From Leucoraja erinacea (lineage: Eukaryota): a DNA stretch of 64,000 nucleotides. The notes beneath the pieces are model-generated. The model worked only from the letters and a program-made list of their open reading frames with translations, did not search any database and was not told the DNA's origin. Shown here one piece after another: positions 1 to 11,505 of the stretch (its first letter is position 1; every line of letters starts with the position of its first letter). The stretch covers positions 55,242,001 to 55,306,000 of the forward strand of contig NC_073386.1 of assembly GCF_028641065.1 (NCBI RefSeq). The letters are read 5' to 3'. A program made the position numbers and the translations under genes.

Positions 1-760
1 GATACCCCACCACCTCTGCCTACCTGTCTGTCTTTTCGATAGGATGTGTATCCTTGTATATTCAGCTCTCATCTCTGATCTTCTTTCAGCCACGACTCTG
101 TGATGCCCGCAATGTGGTACCTGCCAAATTCTAGCTATAAGCTCATCCTTATTTTATGTTCTGCATGCATTCAAATAAATCATTTTTAGTTCAGTATTCA
201 CTCTTCTCGAATTGGCCCCCATGTTGCCTGACGTTAGACTCTTATCCCCTACTAAACTCCCAGTTCTATTTCTTATTCCTGAGACTTCAGTAACCTCTCC
301 TGTGCTCTCCTTCCATTTAACTTTAACCCAAACGTTTCCAATCTGAAATCTGCTGAAACATTCCACCATTTAATTTAATCCACAGCACCAGTTATGTGAT
401 TCGCCAGAACCCTGGTCCCAATAGTGTTCAGGTGGAGTCTGTCCCATCGGAACAGCTCCCTCCTTCCTCAATACTGATGCCAATGTTCCATGACTACTTC
501 CACACTAAACTTTGAGCCAGCCATTCATCTCTTTAATCTTATCACGCCTATGCCAATTTGCACAAGGCTCAGGTAGCAATCCAGAGCTTAATTCCATTTT
601 GGTTCTGATTTGTAATTTAATCCCTATCTGCTCAAATTCTCCCAGCAGAATCTCTTTCCTTGTTCCACTTCCATCAATGGTAGCCACAAGGACTCCGACA
701 ACTGGATCTTCCCCCCTCCCACTGCACATTAATCTGCAGGTCAGAGGAAATGGCCTGAAC
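1..760 (-). mobile_element. Old degenerate CR1 LINE (ORF1 / endonuclease start); continues at about 1157-1360
   Basis: IYLNACRT resembles CR1 endonuclease LYxNARS; GLHLNY-type SGNH remnant; many stops. Confidence 0.6.
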
Positions 761-804
761 ATTTGAACAAATGTCCTGAACATCTGTTCTGAAATGTCCT
801 GAAC

Positions 805-1156
805 AGATGCAGGAAGATTGTTCCCAATGTTGGGGAAGTCCAGGACAAGGGGTCACAGTTTAAGGATAAAGGGAAAATCGTTTAGGACCGAGATGAGAAA
901 CATTTTTTTCACACAGAGAGTGGTGAGTCTCTGGAACTCTCTGCCACAGAAGGTAGTTGAGGCCAGTTCATCGGCTATATTTAAGAGGGAGTTAGATGTG
1001 GCCCTTGTGGCTAAAGGGATCAGGAGGTATGGAGAGAAGACGGGTACAGGATACTGAGTTGGATGATCAGCCATGATCATATTGAATGGTGGTGCAGGCT
1101 CGAAGGGCTGAATGGCCTACTCCTGCACCTATTTTCTATGTTTCTATGTTTCTATG
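805..1156 (+). mobile_element. CR1 LINE 3' end
   Basis: FPMLGKSRTRGHSLRIKG...FFTQRVVSLWNSLP...; (TTTCTATG)3 tail. Confidence 0.9.
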
Positions 1157-2311
1157 AACTTGGGCACCAGGCAGGCAACAGCCTTTTGGGCTCTTGATCC
1201 TTGCGAGAATGAAACTAAATGTCATGGCCATCTCCTATATCTATTCCTGTATCTCCCGCTGGCAATTGGGAGGCCTGCAGGGTGATTGCACTTTTCTTAT
1301 TTTTGAGCTCTAGTCATATTGCTTTGGTATCCGCCGTTAATGCAATGCCACCACCTCCTTCTCCATCACACCTTTTTTTATTTTTTTTATTTATTAGAAG
1401 TACAATACAATGGTACAAAAATTATGCTAATATAATACATTCTCTGTACAACTTCCTTTTTTTTTGAAAGAGAAAAGTAAGAAGAGAAAAATAAGAAAGA
1501 GGTTGTGGAAAGTGAAAATGAAAAACAGATAGTGAAAAAAAAGAATAAGTGAAGAAGGAGAGCAGGAGGGAGTTTATTCAATCACCACAAGGAGATGAGT
1601 TTTTTATATTCTTTCACATCTGAAATATTAAAACGTGGGAACATTAAACTGCTAGACCCATCCCTCTCACAACTAAGACTCTGTAATGGTCACCACATCA
1701 TTGTTCCATGCACTGATGCAGGCTTTATATTCCTTCTTTACCCACATTACTCCTTGCATTTAAATAAACACACTTCAGCCCACCATACTCACCATGTTTA
1801 TTCATCTGTTCCAGCCTCTCATTCCTTTCAGACTTACTAAACATCTTCTTGTGACCATGTGTGTTTCCTCAAGGTGCTCCTGATTCTTGGCACATTCCAA
1901 AGCTGCGTGCATTGGTAGCTAACTGGCCACTGTAACCTGTCCATGGTATGTAGATGAACAGCAGAATCTGCAGTGAGCTGTTGGGAATGTGGTTTGAATG
2001 AAAAAAAGTATTAATATAGGATTAGTATAAATGGGTACTTGATAGTAAGTGTGTACTCAAAGATTCTGCTTCCATGTTCCAGATGGAAGTGTCTCAACTT
2101 TCCACATTCTTCCACAGATGCTCTATGACCGACCAAATTCAGCCAGCAGTTTAATATTTGACCCAGTCTCTCAGGTCTCCTGCTTCCATGCTGTATGACT
2201 CAATTAATGTATTTGTAAAGTTGTCCGCATCTTAAGAATTAATTTTTAAAAAGCCATTTAACTGAGGAAGAACTTGCACCGCAACATGGGCAAATAAGGA
2301 AGAATGGTTGA

Positions 2312-2977
2312 TTTTCCTGAATTGGCATATTTGGCATCACATTATCCTTTTTGAAGGAAGCATAATTAAATTGAGTATAGAAGCTGGGATGTAATGTTAA
2401 AATTGTACAAGGCATTGGTGAGACCAAATCTGGAGTATGGTGTACAATTTTCGTCGCCCAATTATAGGAAGGATGTCAACAAAATAGAGAGAGTACAGAG
2501 GAGATTTACTAGAATGTTGCCTGGGTTTCAACAACTAAGTTACAGAGATAGGTTGAACAAGTTAGGTCTTTATTCTCTGGAGCGCAGAAGGTTAAGGGGG
2601 GACTTGATAGAGGTCTTTAAAATGATGAGAGGGATAGACAGAGTTGATGTGGACAAGCTTTTCCCTTTGAGAATAGGGAAGATTCAAACAAGAGGACATG
2701 ACTTCAGAATTAAGGGACAAAAGTTTAGGGGTAACATGAGGGGGAACTTCTTTACTCAGAGAGTGGTAGCGGTGTGGAATGAGCTTCCAGTGGAAGTGGT
2801 GGAGGCAGGTTCGTTGGTATTATTTAAAAATAAATTGGATAGGCATATGGATGAAAAGGGAATGGAGGGTTATGGTACGAGCGCAGGCAGGTGGGACTAA
2901 GGGAAAAAAAGTTGTTCGGCACGGACTTGTAGGGCCGAGATGGCCTGTTTCCGTGCTGTAATTGTTATATGGTTATA
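2312..2977 (+). mobile_element. Young CR1 LINE 3' fragment (open RT C-terminus 2394-2900)
   Basis: LYKALVRPNLEYGVQF...[12 protein letters not shown]...FFTQRVVAVWNELP. Confidence 0.9.
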
Positions 2978-4054
2978 AATAAACATATTTTTTTACGAGG
3001 TGTATGCCTGGACACAGGAAAACAGTGAAAGTCACAGTAATCTACGCAGAAAACGATTCTACTTAAACAAAGGAATAAAAGAAATGCCGGAAGTTCTCCA
3101 GTTGTACAATTTTATTTATCGTTACCATCACACTGATGCAAAATGGAACAGTTTTCTATAATTTCACAGAAAATATGGAAATGATATTGAGCTAAATTTA
3201 AGGCAACTAGAACCTCAGCAAAATGAAATTAACAGAAATGTCATTTTATTAGAACTGAAAAATGCCTTTACTTGGAAATTCGACATTCTTGGCCCTATTT
3301 GTGCTTCACTTTGTGAATGAGAGGATGTGTGGTATTTGCTGAATGGAATTACCTCATAGATATTCTGAGAAATAAAGTTATCGAACTTGTTTCCCTTGGT
3401 TTATAAAACACAGGAAGTGTCAGGGAAAGGATATTTGGCAGAGCAATTGATCCAGAATAAATTGTTTTACCTCAGTTCCATCAATGTCTCAACTGTTCTT
3501 TTAAAGATTTATTCAGAAATCAAATACAATTATATAACCAAAAGGGCCTGTCCCACTTTCACGACCTAATTCACGACCTCTGCCGAGTTTGCCCTGGACT
3601 CATACTCGTAGCATGGTCGTCACGAGGTCATAGAAACATAGAAACATAGAAATTAGGTGCAGGAGTAGGCCATTCGGCCCTTCGAGCCTGCACCACCATT
3701 CAATATGATCATGGCTGATCATCCAACTCAGTATCCCGTACCTGCCTTCTCTCCATACCCTCTGATCCCTTTAGCCACAAGGGCCACACCTAACTCCCTT
3801 TTAAATATAGCCAATGAACTGGCCTCGACTACCCTCTGTGGCAGAGAGTTCCAGAAATTCACCACTCTCTGTGTGTAAAAAGATTTTCTCATCTCGGTTT
3901 AAAAGGATTTCCCCCTTATCGTTACGCTGTGACCCCTTGTCCTGGACTTCCCCAACATCGGGAACTATCTTCCTGCATCTAGCCTGTCCAACCCCTTAAG
4001 AATTTTGTAAGTTTCTATAAGATCCCCCCTCAATCTCCTAAATTCTAGAGAGTA

Positions 4055-5352
4055 CTAGACCAAGTGCAGACCCATTGGGTCTGTTCCCCCAACGTGTGGT
4101 TGTGGGGGGGGAGGCGGCATGCAGCGTCACACACTAACTACCCCCCCCCCCCCCGCACTCACGTTAATGGAGGGGAGGAGGGGGGGGAGAGAGGGGGAGA
4201 GAGGAGAGAGGGGGGAGGAGAGAGGGGGAGAAAAAGAGAGAGACAAAGAGAAGGGGAGGGGGAGAACGAGAGGGGGGAGGAGGGAGAGAGGGGGGGAGAG
4301 AGAGAAAGAGGGAGAGAGGGGGGGAGAGGGAGAGAGGGGGGTAGAGGAGAGGAGGGAAGGAGAGGAGGAGAGGGAGGGGGGGGGAGAGAGGGAGAGGAGA
4401 GGAGAAGGGGGGATNNNNNNNNNNNNNNNNNNNNNNNNNNNNNNNNNNNNNNNNNNNNNNNNNNNNNNNNNNNNNNNNNNNNNNNNNNNNNNNNNNNNNN
4501 NNNNNNNNNNNNNNNNNNNNNNNNNNNNNNNNNNNNNNNNNNNNNNNNNNNNNNNNNNNNNNNNNNNNNNNNNNNNNNNNNNNNNNNNNNNNNNNNNNGG
4601 GAGGAGAGGGGGGCCGGGTTTGAGGAGCATCGGGGAGAGGGGAGGAGGAGCTCTGGGAGAGAGGGGGGGAGGAGGCGTTTGGGAGGGGGGGGGAGAGAGG
4701 GAGGAGAAAGGATATAGGAGAGGGAGAGGGGGGGAGAGAGGAGAGGGGGGGAGTGGAGAGGGCGGAGAGAAGAGGAGAAGGGAGGGGAGGAGGAGGGAGG
4801 GGGGGAGACGGAGGGGGGGAGAGGAGAGGAGAGAGGGAACAGAGAGGGTGGAGAGAGAGAGGAGAGGGAGGGGAGGGGAGAGGAAGGAGAGGAGAAGAGG
4901 GAGGGGGGGGGGGGGAGAGAGTGCCTTTTTACTTCAACCAAACCCAAACAAACCAACCATTTGCAGGCAGTGCTTTTTTTTTTTTACCTCTAACCATATT
5001 TTCATTTTCAAACCAAATTAAGGGTACTCACAGTGCTGTAGACATTTGTCAGTGTCATTCAAAGCTTTGATTGAGGCACACCACTTGCAGAGACTGATTG
5101 AGGCACACCACTTCCTGGTTTTATAGTCCCTCCCCCTCCCTCCAGCAGGGGCAGCAGAGAGAATGGGGAATGTTGTAAAAACATTAATATCTCTGTCAAT
5201 TTTCATCGACGGGAAAAATCCTCGGCACACACACGGCGGAGGGGGGCTCTGAGCGAGGTGGCCAAAAATGACGGCCGTAAGTGGCGGCGTACTCTCGGAA
5301 ACAGCAGCACAGAAAGCCGAACCGTTCAAGAACAGAGTTTTAGTAATATAGA
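4055..5352 (-). mobile_element. Non-autonomous Helitron
   Basis: Minus strand reads A|TCTATATTAC...CAGACCCAATGGGTCTG hairpin...CACTTGGTCTAG|T; A^T target with no TSD; removing it restores contiguous CR1 sequence; GA/CT-rich interior spans an N gap. Confidence 0.88.
4415..4598. other. Assembly gap (others: 33038-33194, 33210-33338, 39627-39917)
   Basis: Runs of N. Confidence 1.
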
Positions 5353-5457
5353 TAAACCAAGTCTATCCAGTCTTTCTTCATAAGACTGTCCTGAAATCCC
5401 AGGAATTAGCCTGGTGAACTTTCTCTGTACTCCCTCTATGGCAATAATGTCCTTCCT

Positions 5458-5569
5458 CAGGATAGCAATGGTGGTGATATGTAGAAAGCCAAAAGGGTCA
5501 TTATATGAAGGACATGTTCTCATCTGTAACATATGAAGGGTCTTCATACCTGTCCTGTGCGGAATAGGT
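5458..5569 (+). repeat. 112-bp copy of nearby sequence 6971-7082 at a CR1 5' junction
   Basis: Direct comparison shows 1 mismatch. Confidence 0.9.
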
Positions 5570-7104
5570 CATAGGAGGTCGTGATGCTAGTCGTAGGTAC
5601 GCGTGGCATCATATATGTCGGGGCGTTTTTCTAGCCGGATGAAAAATGTCCACGAGTAAAAAAGGTTGTGAATTAGGTTGTGAAAGTGGGACAGGCCCTA
5701 AAGCAGGAAATATCCTTTAGCAATAACAATGATTTAAGCGATCCCTGTGTGCATAGGATTATTCGCTGAATCCAGGCAGAATCAGAAGCTATCACCGCAT
5801 CCCAACCACACCTGAAATGGGATTTAAAAAAGGCTTGGAGATTATATGAAATTTAAGATGCTGTCCATGTAATACTAGAGCTGTCATAGTCATAGAGTGA
5901 TACAGTGTGGAAACAGGCCCTTCGCCCCAACTTGCCCACATCGGCCGACATGTCCCAGCTACACTAGTCCCACCTGCCCGTACTTGGTTCAACCAGACCT
6001 ATCCATGTACCTATCTAACTGCCTCTTAAACGTTGGGATAGTCCCAGCCTCAACTATCTCTTCTGGCAGCTTGTTACATACACCCACCACTACGGGTGAG
6101 ATATTATCTTTTGAAAAGCTAGTTTTAGTTTCAAGCTGACTTCTGCAGGCACAGCAAACCCGCAAAGATTAATTGTTTTTGCACAGGAAACACATGGCAG
6201 TGCTGATGATTAATGTAGAAAAATCACACTGATTCCCAATAGGATTTCATGCACATTAAAATAAATTCTTTATCAACTTTTCCAATTTTGCTATCGCGAA
6301 TTGGAAGGGATCCAATATGAGTGCAGCCAACAAGTGCCATTAGCAGAGTGGGACAGGCAGCATCTCTGGAGAGATGGAATGCGTGATGTTTCGGTCGAGG
6401 CCCTTCTTTAGACGTCACCCATTCCTTCGCTCCAGAGATGCTGCCTGTCTCGCTGAGTTACTCCAGCATTTTCTGTCTATCCAGCTGACAGCGGGACAGC
6501 CATGATCACATTGAATGGCGGTGCTGGCCCAAAGGGCCAAATGGCCTACTCCTGCACCTGTTGTCTATTGTCTATTCAGTTTAAACCAGCATCTGCACAG
6601 GTGTCACCAATAGGTGCCATTAGCAGAAACATTTTGGATCTGAAAAGTCTAATTTTATGATCTACTGCCTGTAATTTTGTACACTCTTTCCATTGTCCAT
6701 GGGGGATTGCTATTGACTCAGAATAGGACCTACCTGTAATACACAGACTAGTCCACATTGTCAAGAATCATTTGCTTACCAAGCAGCAGTGGATGAGTGT
6801 CCAGTGTTGGACAATGTAAGTATCAAATGTAAAATCTGAGTAAATATAATACGTGGATCAATGGAATTTTCAGTCAATTTTGTGGCTCAGTAAAAATGTT
6901 TGGATTATCGCTGTATCTGTCATTATCCAGGAAGCACAACAGACTAAAAACGTGGAAAGCAAGGTCAATCCAGGATAGGAATGGTGGTGATATGTAGAAA
7001 GCCAAAAGGGTCATTATATGAAGGACATGTTCTCATCTGTAACATATGAAGGGTCTTCATACCTGTCCTGTGCGGAATAGGTTAATGGGTTATTTATATT
7101 TACC

Positions 7105-8150
7105 TCAAGTTTCACCCCAGCAGCCTCACATCATCCTCTGACATTTCCATCACCTTCAATGTGATCCCACCACAACTCACTCACATGTTCCCATCTCCAC
7201 CCCTTTCTGCCTTCTGCACAACTCCTTGGTTCACTCACCCCTTCCCAGCCAAATCCTCCCCCTCCACGGGTACTTTCCCCAGCAACGGCAGGAGATCTCT
7301 GGAACGCTCTGCCACAGAAGGTAGTTGAGGCCAGTTCATTGGCTATATTTAAGAGGGAGTTAGATGTGGCCCTTGTGGCTACAAGACAAGGCTCTGCAGA
7401 GAGTAGTGCGTTCGGCCGAACGCACTATGGGAACTTCACTCACCCCCCTGCAGGAACTATACAACAGGAGGTGCAACTCCAGAGCAAATAAAATCATGGG
7501 AGACCCCTTCCACCCCTGCAACGGACTGTTCCAGCTGCTACGGTCAGGCAAACGCCTCCGTTGCCATGCGGTGAGAACGGAGAGGTTGAGAAGGAGTTTC
7601 TTCCCAGAGGCAATTCGGACTGTAAACGCCTATCTCACCAGGGACTAACTCTACAGAACGTTTTTCCTTCCATTATTTATTATGTAAAAGAATATGTGTG
7701 TTATGATTGTGTTTATAATTTGTTTGGTTGTTTTGTTGTTTGTCTTTTGCACAAAAGTCCGCGAGCATTGCCACTTTCATTTCACTGCACATCTTGTATG
7801 TGTATGTGACAAATAAACTTGACTTGACTTGACTTGACTAAAGGGATCAGGGGGTATGGAGAGAAGGCAGGTACAGGATACTGAGTTGGATGATCAGCCA
7901 TGATCATATTGAATGGTGGTGCAGGCTTGAAGGGCCGAATGGCCTACTCCTGCACCTATTTTCTATGTTTCTATGTACCACCTGTCCTTATGCATCCTCC
8001 CTCGACTCCATTTAGATACCTCGCCAGTCCTTCCAGGTGAGGCAGAGTTGCACATGCACCTCCTCTAATCTCATCTACTGCATCAGATGTACCCAATATG
8101 GGCTCCTGTACACTGGCGAGACAAAGCATAGACTCAGCGGCTGTTTGTTG
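7105..8150 (+). mobile_element. Penelope-like element fragment (GIY-YIG region) interrupted by a CR1 3' end (about 7297-7975), itself interrupted by a Rex/Babar piece
   Basis: CTSSNLIYCIRC...LLYTGETK at about 8050-8125; CR1 tail split at GTGGCTA|AAGGGATC. Confidence 0.75.
7382..7838 (+). mobile_element. Rex1/Babar LINE 3' fragment with (GACTT)n tail
   Basis: KALQRVVRSAE...DPFHP..LFQLLRSGKRLR...RSFFPEAIR. Confidence 0.85.
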
Positions 8151-8819
8151 ATTACCAGGTCAGCTAATGTACCAAATATGTGAATTAGCACCAGGATCAT
8201 TCACTCCTTAAACCTGTTCTGGCATTTAATAATATCATAGCCAACCTAATCACAACCTCAACTTTGTATTCCCATTCACCAGTAACTTTTCATCCCCATA
8301 CTTATTATATATCTTCTGCCTTCAAATATTTAATGACTCTACTTTACTGTCCTGTGAGGAAGTGCGGTCTGAGAAGCACAAACCTCTCACAGAAAGTATT
8401 TCACTTCATCTCTGTTTTAAATTCAAAATCCCTTCTTTTTTTTAAATCAATGACAAGTCTCACTCACTCCCTCATCTCTCCACTCCCACCAGGCAAGAGG
8501 AACATAAGTGTGAAAACGCACACCTCCAGATTTAGGGACAGTTTCTTCCCAGCTGTTTTCAGGCAACAGAACCATCCTATCACCAACTAGAGAGCGGTCC
8601 TGGTCTACCTACCATCTGACTCATTGGAGACCCTCGGACTATCTGTAATCAGACTATTGGACTATCTTGCACTAAACGTTATTCCCATTGCTCCACAACT
8701 GTACACTGTGGATGGCTTGATTGTCATCATGTATAGGAAGGAACTGCAGATGCTGGTTTAAACCGAAGATACACACAAAATGCTGCAGAAATTCAGCATC
8801 TCTGGAGAGAAGGGCCAGT

Positions 8820-8847
8820 CTGAAGAAGTGTTTCGACCCGAAACGTC
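8820..8847 (+). ncRNA. Degenerate minimal hammerhead motif
   Basis: CUGAAGA...CCCGAAACGUC with weakened stem II. Confidence 0.45.
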
Positions 8848-9079
8848 ACTCAATTCTTCTCTCCAGAGATGTTGCCCGTCCCTCTGAGTTACTCCAGCAT
8901 TTTGTGTTTCTCTTGTAATCATGTATAGTCTTTCCGCTGACTGGATAGTACATGACAAAAAAGCTTATTGCTGTATCTTGGTACAGGCGACAATTAATTA
9001 TAGTAAACTAGATCTAGATTCTCCCACAAGAGGAAACATCCTCCACCCTGGACCCTGTCACAATCTCTATTTCAAATAG

Positions 9080-10140
9080 CTGCTCAGAATCAGAAAAGTC
9101 AGAATCAGAATAGTATTTTATTTGCCAAGTATGTTTTGCAACACATGAGGAATTTCATTTGCCAAGTTGGTCCTACAAATAAAAAGCAACAGAACACCCA
9201 AAACCCATTTTAACATGAACATCCACCACAGTGACTCCGACACATTCCTCACTGTGATGGAAGTCGAAATAAAGTTCAAGTCTCTTCCCTTTGTTCTTCT
9301 TTGTTGCTCCTCTTGACATACAATACAATACAAATGTATTTGTCATTTGAACCTCGTTGGGGTCCAAATGAAATGTTGTTTCTGCAGTCATACATACAAA
9401 AATAAAAAGACCCAAGACACAACACAATTTACACAGATCCATCACAGCGCATCTCCTCCTCGTTGTGATGGAAGGCAAAAACTTATCTCTCCCCTGCACT
9501 CCCCTCTTCCCCCCGATTGTCAGAGTCAAAGCCCCTGGCGGGCGATGGTAATTGTCCCGCGGCCATTAAAGCCGCGCCGGGTGATGCAAGACCGGGTCTT
9601 GTTGTTGGAGCCCCCGGCGTGCGCTAGCAAAGTCCCGCGGCCATTCCAAGCCGCGCGGGGCGATAATGTAAGGCCCCGCTCAAGGTAATCTTCAACCCCG
9701 CAACTCGGGCGGGAGAAGTCGTTGTTGCAGAAGCCCCGAAAAGCGGTCTCCCAGCAGGGACCCGCGGGCTCCCGGTGTTCCTGTCTGCCAGACCTGCGGT
9801 TGGAGCCTCCAAATCTCCGTGGGTCGGGTCACAGCAGCGCTCCACCACCGCTCCTCCCGCTCCGGACTCGGCCAGCTCCGCGATGGTGAGTAGGTCCGGA
9901 GCCCCAGGTCATTCCTGCTGGAGGCCGCTCCACGTTGCAGCCCCAACGACAACGGAGACCCGACAAAGAAAACGTTGGGTCTCCCGTGCAGGGGAAAGAT
10001 TTTAAAGTTTCCCCCGCCCCCCACACACACATACCCCGTCAAAAAAATTAATAAAAACTACATTAAAACGAGACAGAAAATAATAAAAAGACAGACGGAC
10101 TGCAGTGGCCGCTGTGACGTGAGTCGCGCCGCCCACCTTG
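9080..10140 (-). mobile_element. Non-autonomous LINE-like element(s) with GC-rich head and Rex-type tail
   Basis: CpG-rich body; similar architecture to 57715-58405. Confidence 0.55.
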
Positions 10141-10309
10141 ACATCCAGGTCATCTGGTAATTGTGAAGACAATTGTTATTTCCTGCTTCAGGAAAGTATT
10201 GAATAGAGATGGAAGTATTTAAAGAATGGAAGTTTTCAAAAAAGTACCACTACAATTGGTGGTAAGTGAAAACATATCACATTAAATTAGTAAACAGGGA
10301 ATAAGGTCA

Positions 10310-10979
10310 TTACAATCCATTAGGAAGCAACATCCCAAAAGCAGCCTCCACAGTCAAAAAGGTTAAAGAAAGCGCAACATAGGATGTACTTCCTGCAGCA
10401 GCTGAGAAAGCACAATCTGCCGCAGGCAATGATGGTCCAATTCTATACGGCATCGTAGAATCTGTCCTCACTTTCTCCATCATGGTCTGGTTTGGGCTCA
10501 GCCACCAAGCACGACACCTGGAGGCTGCAGCGAATCGTCCGATCAGCAGAAGGTTATTGGCTGCAACCTTCCCTCCATTGATGAACTGTACACTGCAAGG
10601 GCCAGGAAGCGAGCGGGCAAGATCATCTCTGACCCCTCTCACCCTGGCCACAAACTCTTTGAATCACTCCCCTCTGGAAGGCGACTCCGGACTGTCAAAG
10701 CTGCCACAGCCAGACATAAAAACAGTTTTTATCCACGAGTAGTTGCTCTACTCAACAGCCAAAAATCTGTAGCCTCCCTTTGATCTGGTATTTTGTTGGT
10801 TCACATGCTTGATCAATGGTGTTTTATCATTAATGTTTTATTATTATTAATGGTTAGTGTTTTCTGTAATTAGTAACTGTTACTGTATGTCATGTTGTTA
10901 CTTGTGGGCGGAGCACCAAGGCAAATTCCCTGTATGTGAATACTTGGCCAATAAACTTACTTACTTACTTACTTACTTG

Positions 10980-11014
<35 letters not shown>

Positions 11015-11035
11015 CTTACTTACTTACTTACTTAC
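10310..11035 (+). mobile_element. Rex1/Babar 3' fragment ending in an (ACTT)n microsatellite (10955-11035)
   Basis: Degenerate RT C-terminus (IVESVLTFSIMVWFG...DPSHPGH) and tandem tail. Confidence 0.8.
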
Positions 11036-11182
11036 TGTTTCTTAGTATTTACAAAAACATTTGACTTCAGGAATATGAAGCATGATTTCACGTCTGTAGT
11101 ACAGGGTATAGACAAAATTTAGGGCAATGTTCAATGAAGAGGAGAAATGTGCCAAGATACACAAGACATTAATAAAGTTGGC

Positions 11183-11505
11183 ATAGAGTCATAGTCAAAG
11201 AGTGATACAGTGTGGAAACAGGCCCTTCGGCCCAATTAGCCCACACCAGCCAACAATGTCCCAGGTACACTAGCCCCACTTGTGTGCGCTTGGACCATAT
11301 CCCTCCAAACCTATGCTATCCTTTTACCGGTCTAACTGTTTCTTAAATGTTGGGATAGTCCCAGCCTCAAGTACCTCCTGTGGCAGCTTGTTCCATACAC
11401 CCACCACCCTTTGCGTGAAAAAGTTACCCCTCGGATTCCTATTAAATCTTTTCCCCTTCACCTTGAACCTATGTCCTCTGGTTCTCGATTCCCCTACTCT
11501 GGGCA
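11183..11505 (-). mobile_element. CR1 3' fragment (similar copies at about 5885-6090, 17965-18185, 21570-22145, 22150-22415, 22965-23205, 24570-24793, 39975-40300, 47975-48590)
   Basis: RTRGHRFKVKG...FFTQRVVGVWNKLP. Confidence 0.85.

Larger units (their letters stand above)
3634..5460 (-). mobile_element. CR1 (HER1-like) LINE 3' fragment carrying a Helitron
   Basis: (TTTCTATG)n tail at about 3630-3650; RT C-terminus [21 protein letters not shown]...RLDRLG; TSD AGGTCATAG at 3625-3633 and 5566-5574. Confidence 0.88.
3544..5698. mobile_element. PIF/Harbinger-type MITE, split by nested insertions
   Basis: TIRs GGGCCTGTCCCACTTTCACGACCTAATTCAC / GTGAATTAGGTTGTGAAAGTGGGACAGGCCC; flanks AAA / TAA (near 3-bp TAA TSD). 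Confidence 0.8.

Noticed and set aside
4064-5070. Gly/Glu/Arg-rich and Pro/Ser/Leu-rich ORFs (also 15199-15676 and 33735-34227)
   Set aside because: GA/CT low-complexity tracts and N gaps.
10192-10260. Exon-like segment (tttcctgcttcag ... GTG|gtaagt)
   Set aside because: Stops in all three frames and no link to any gene.
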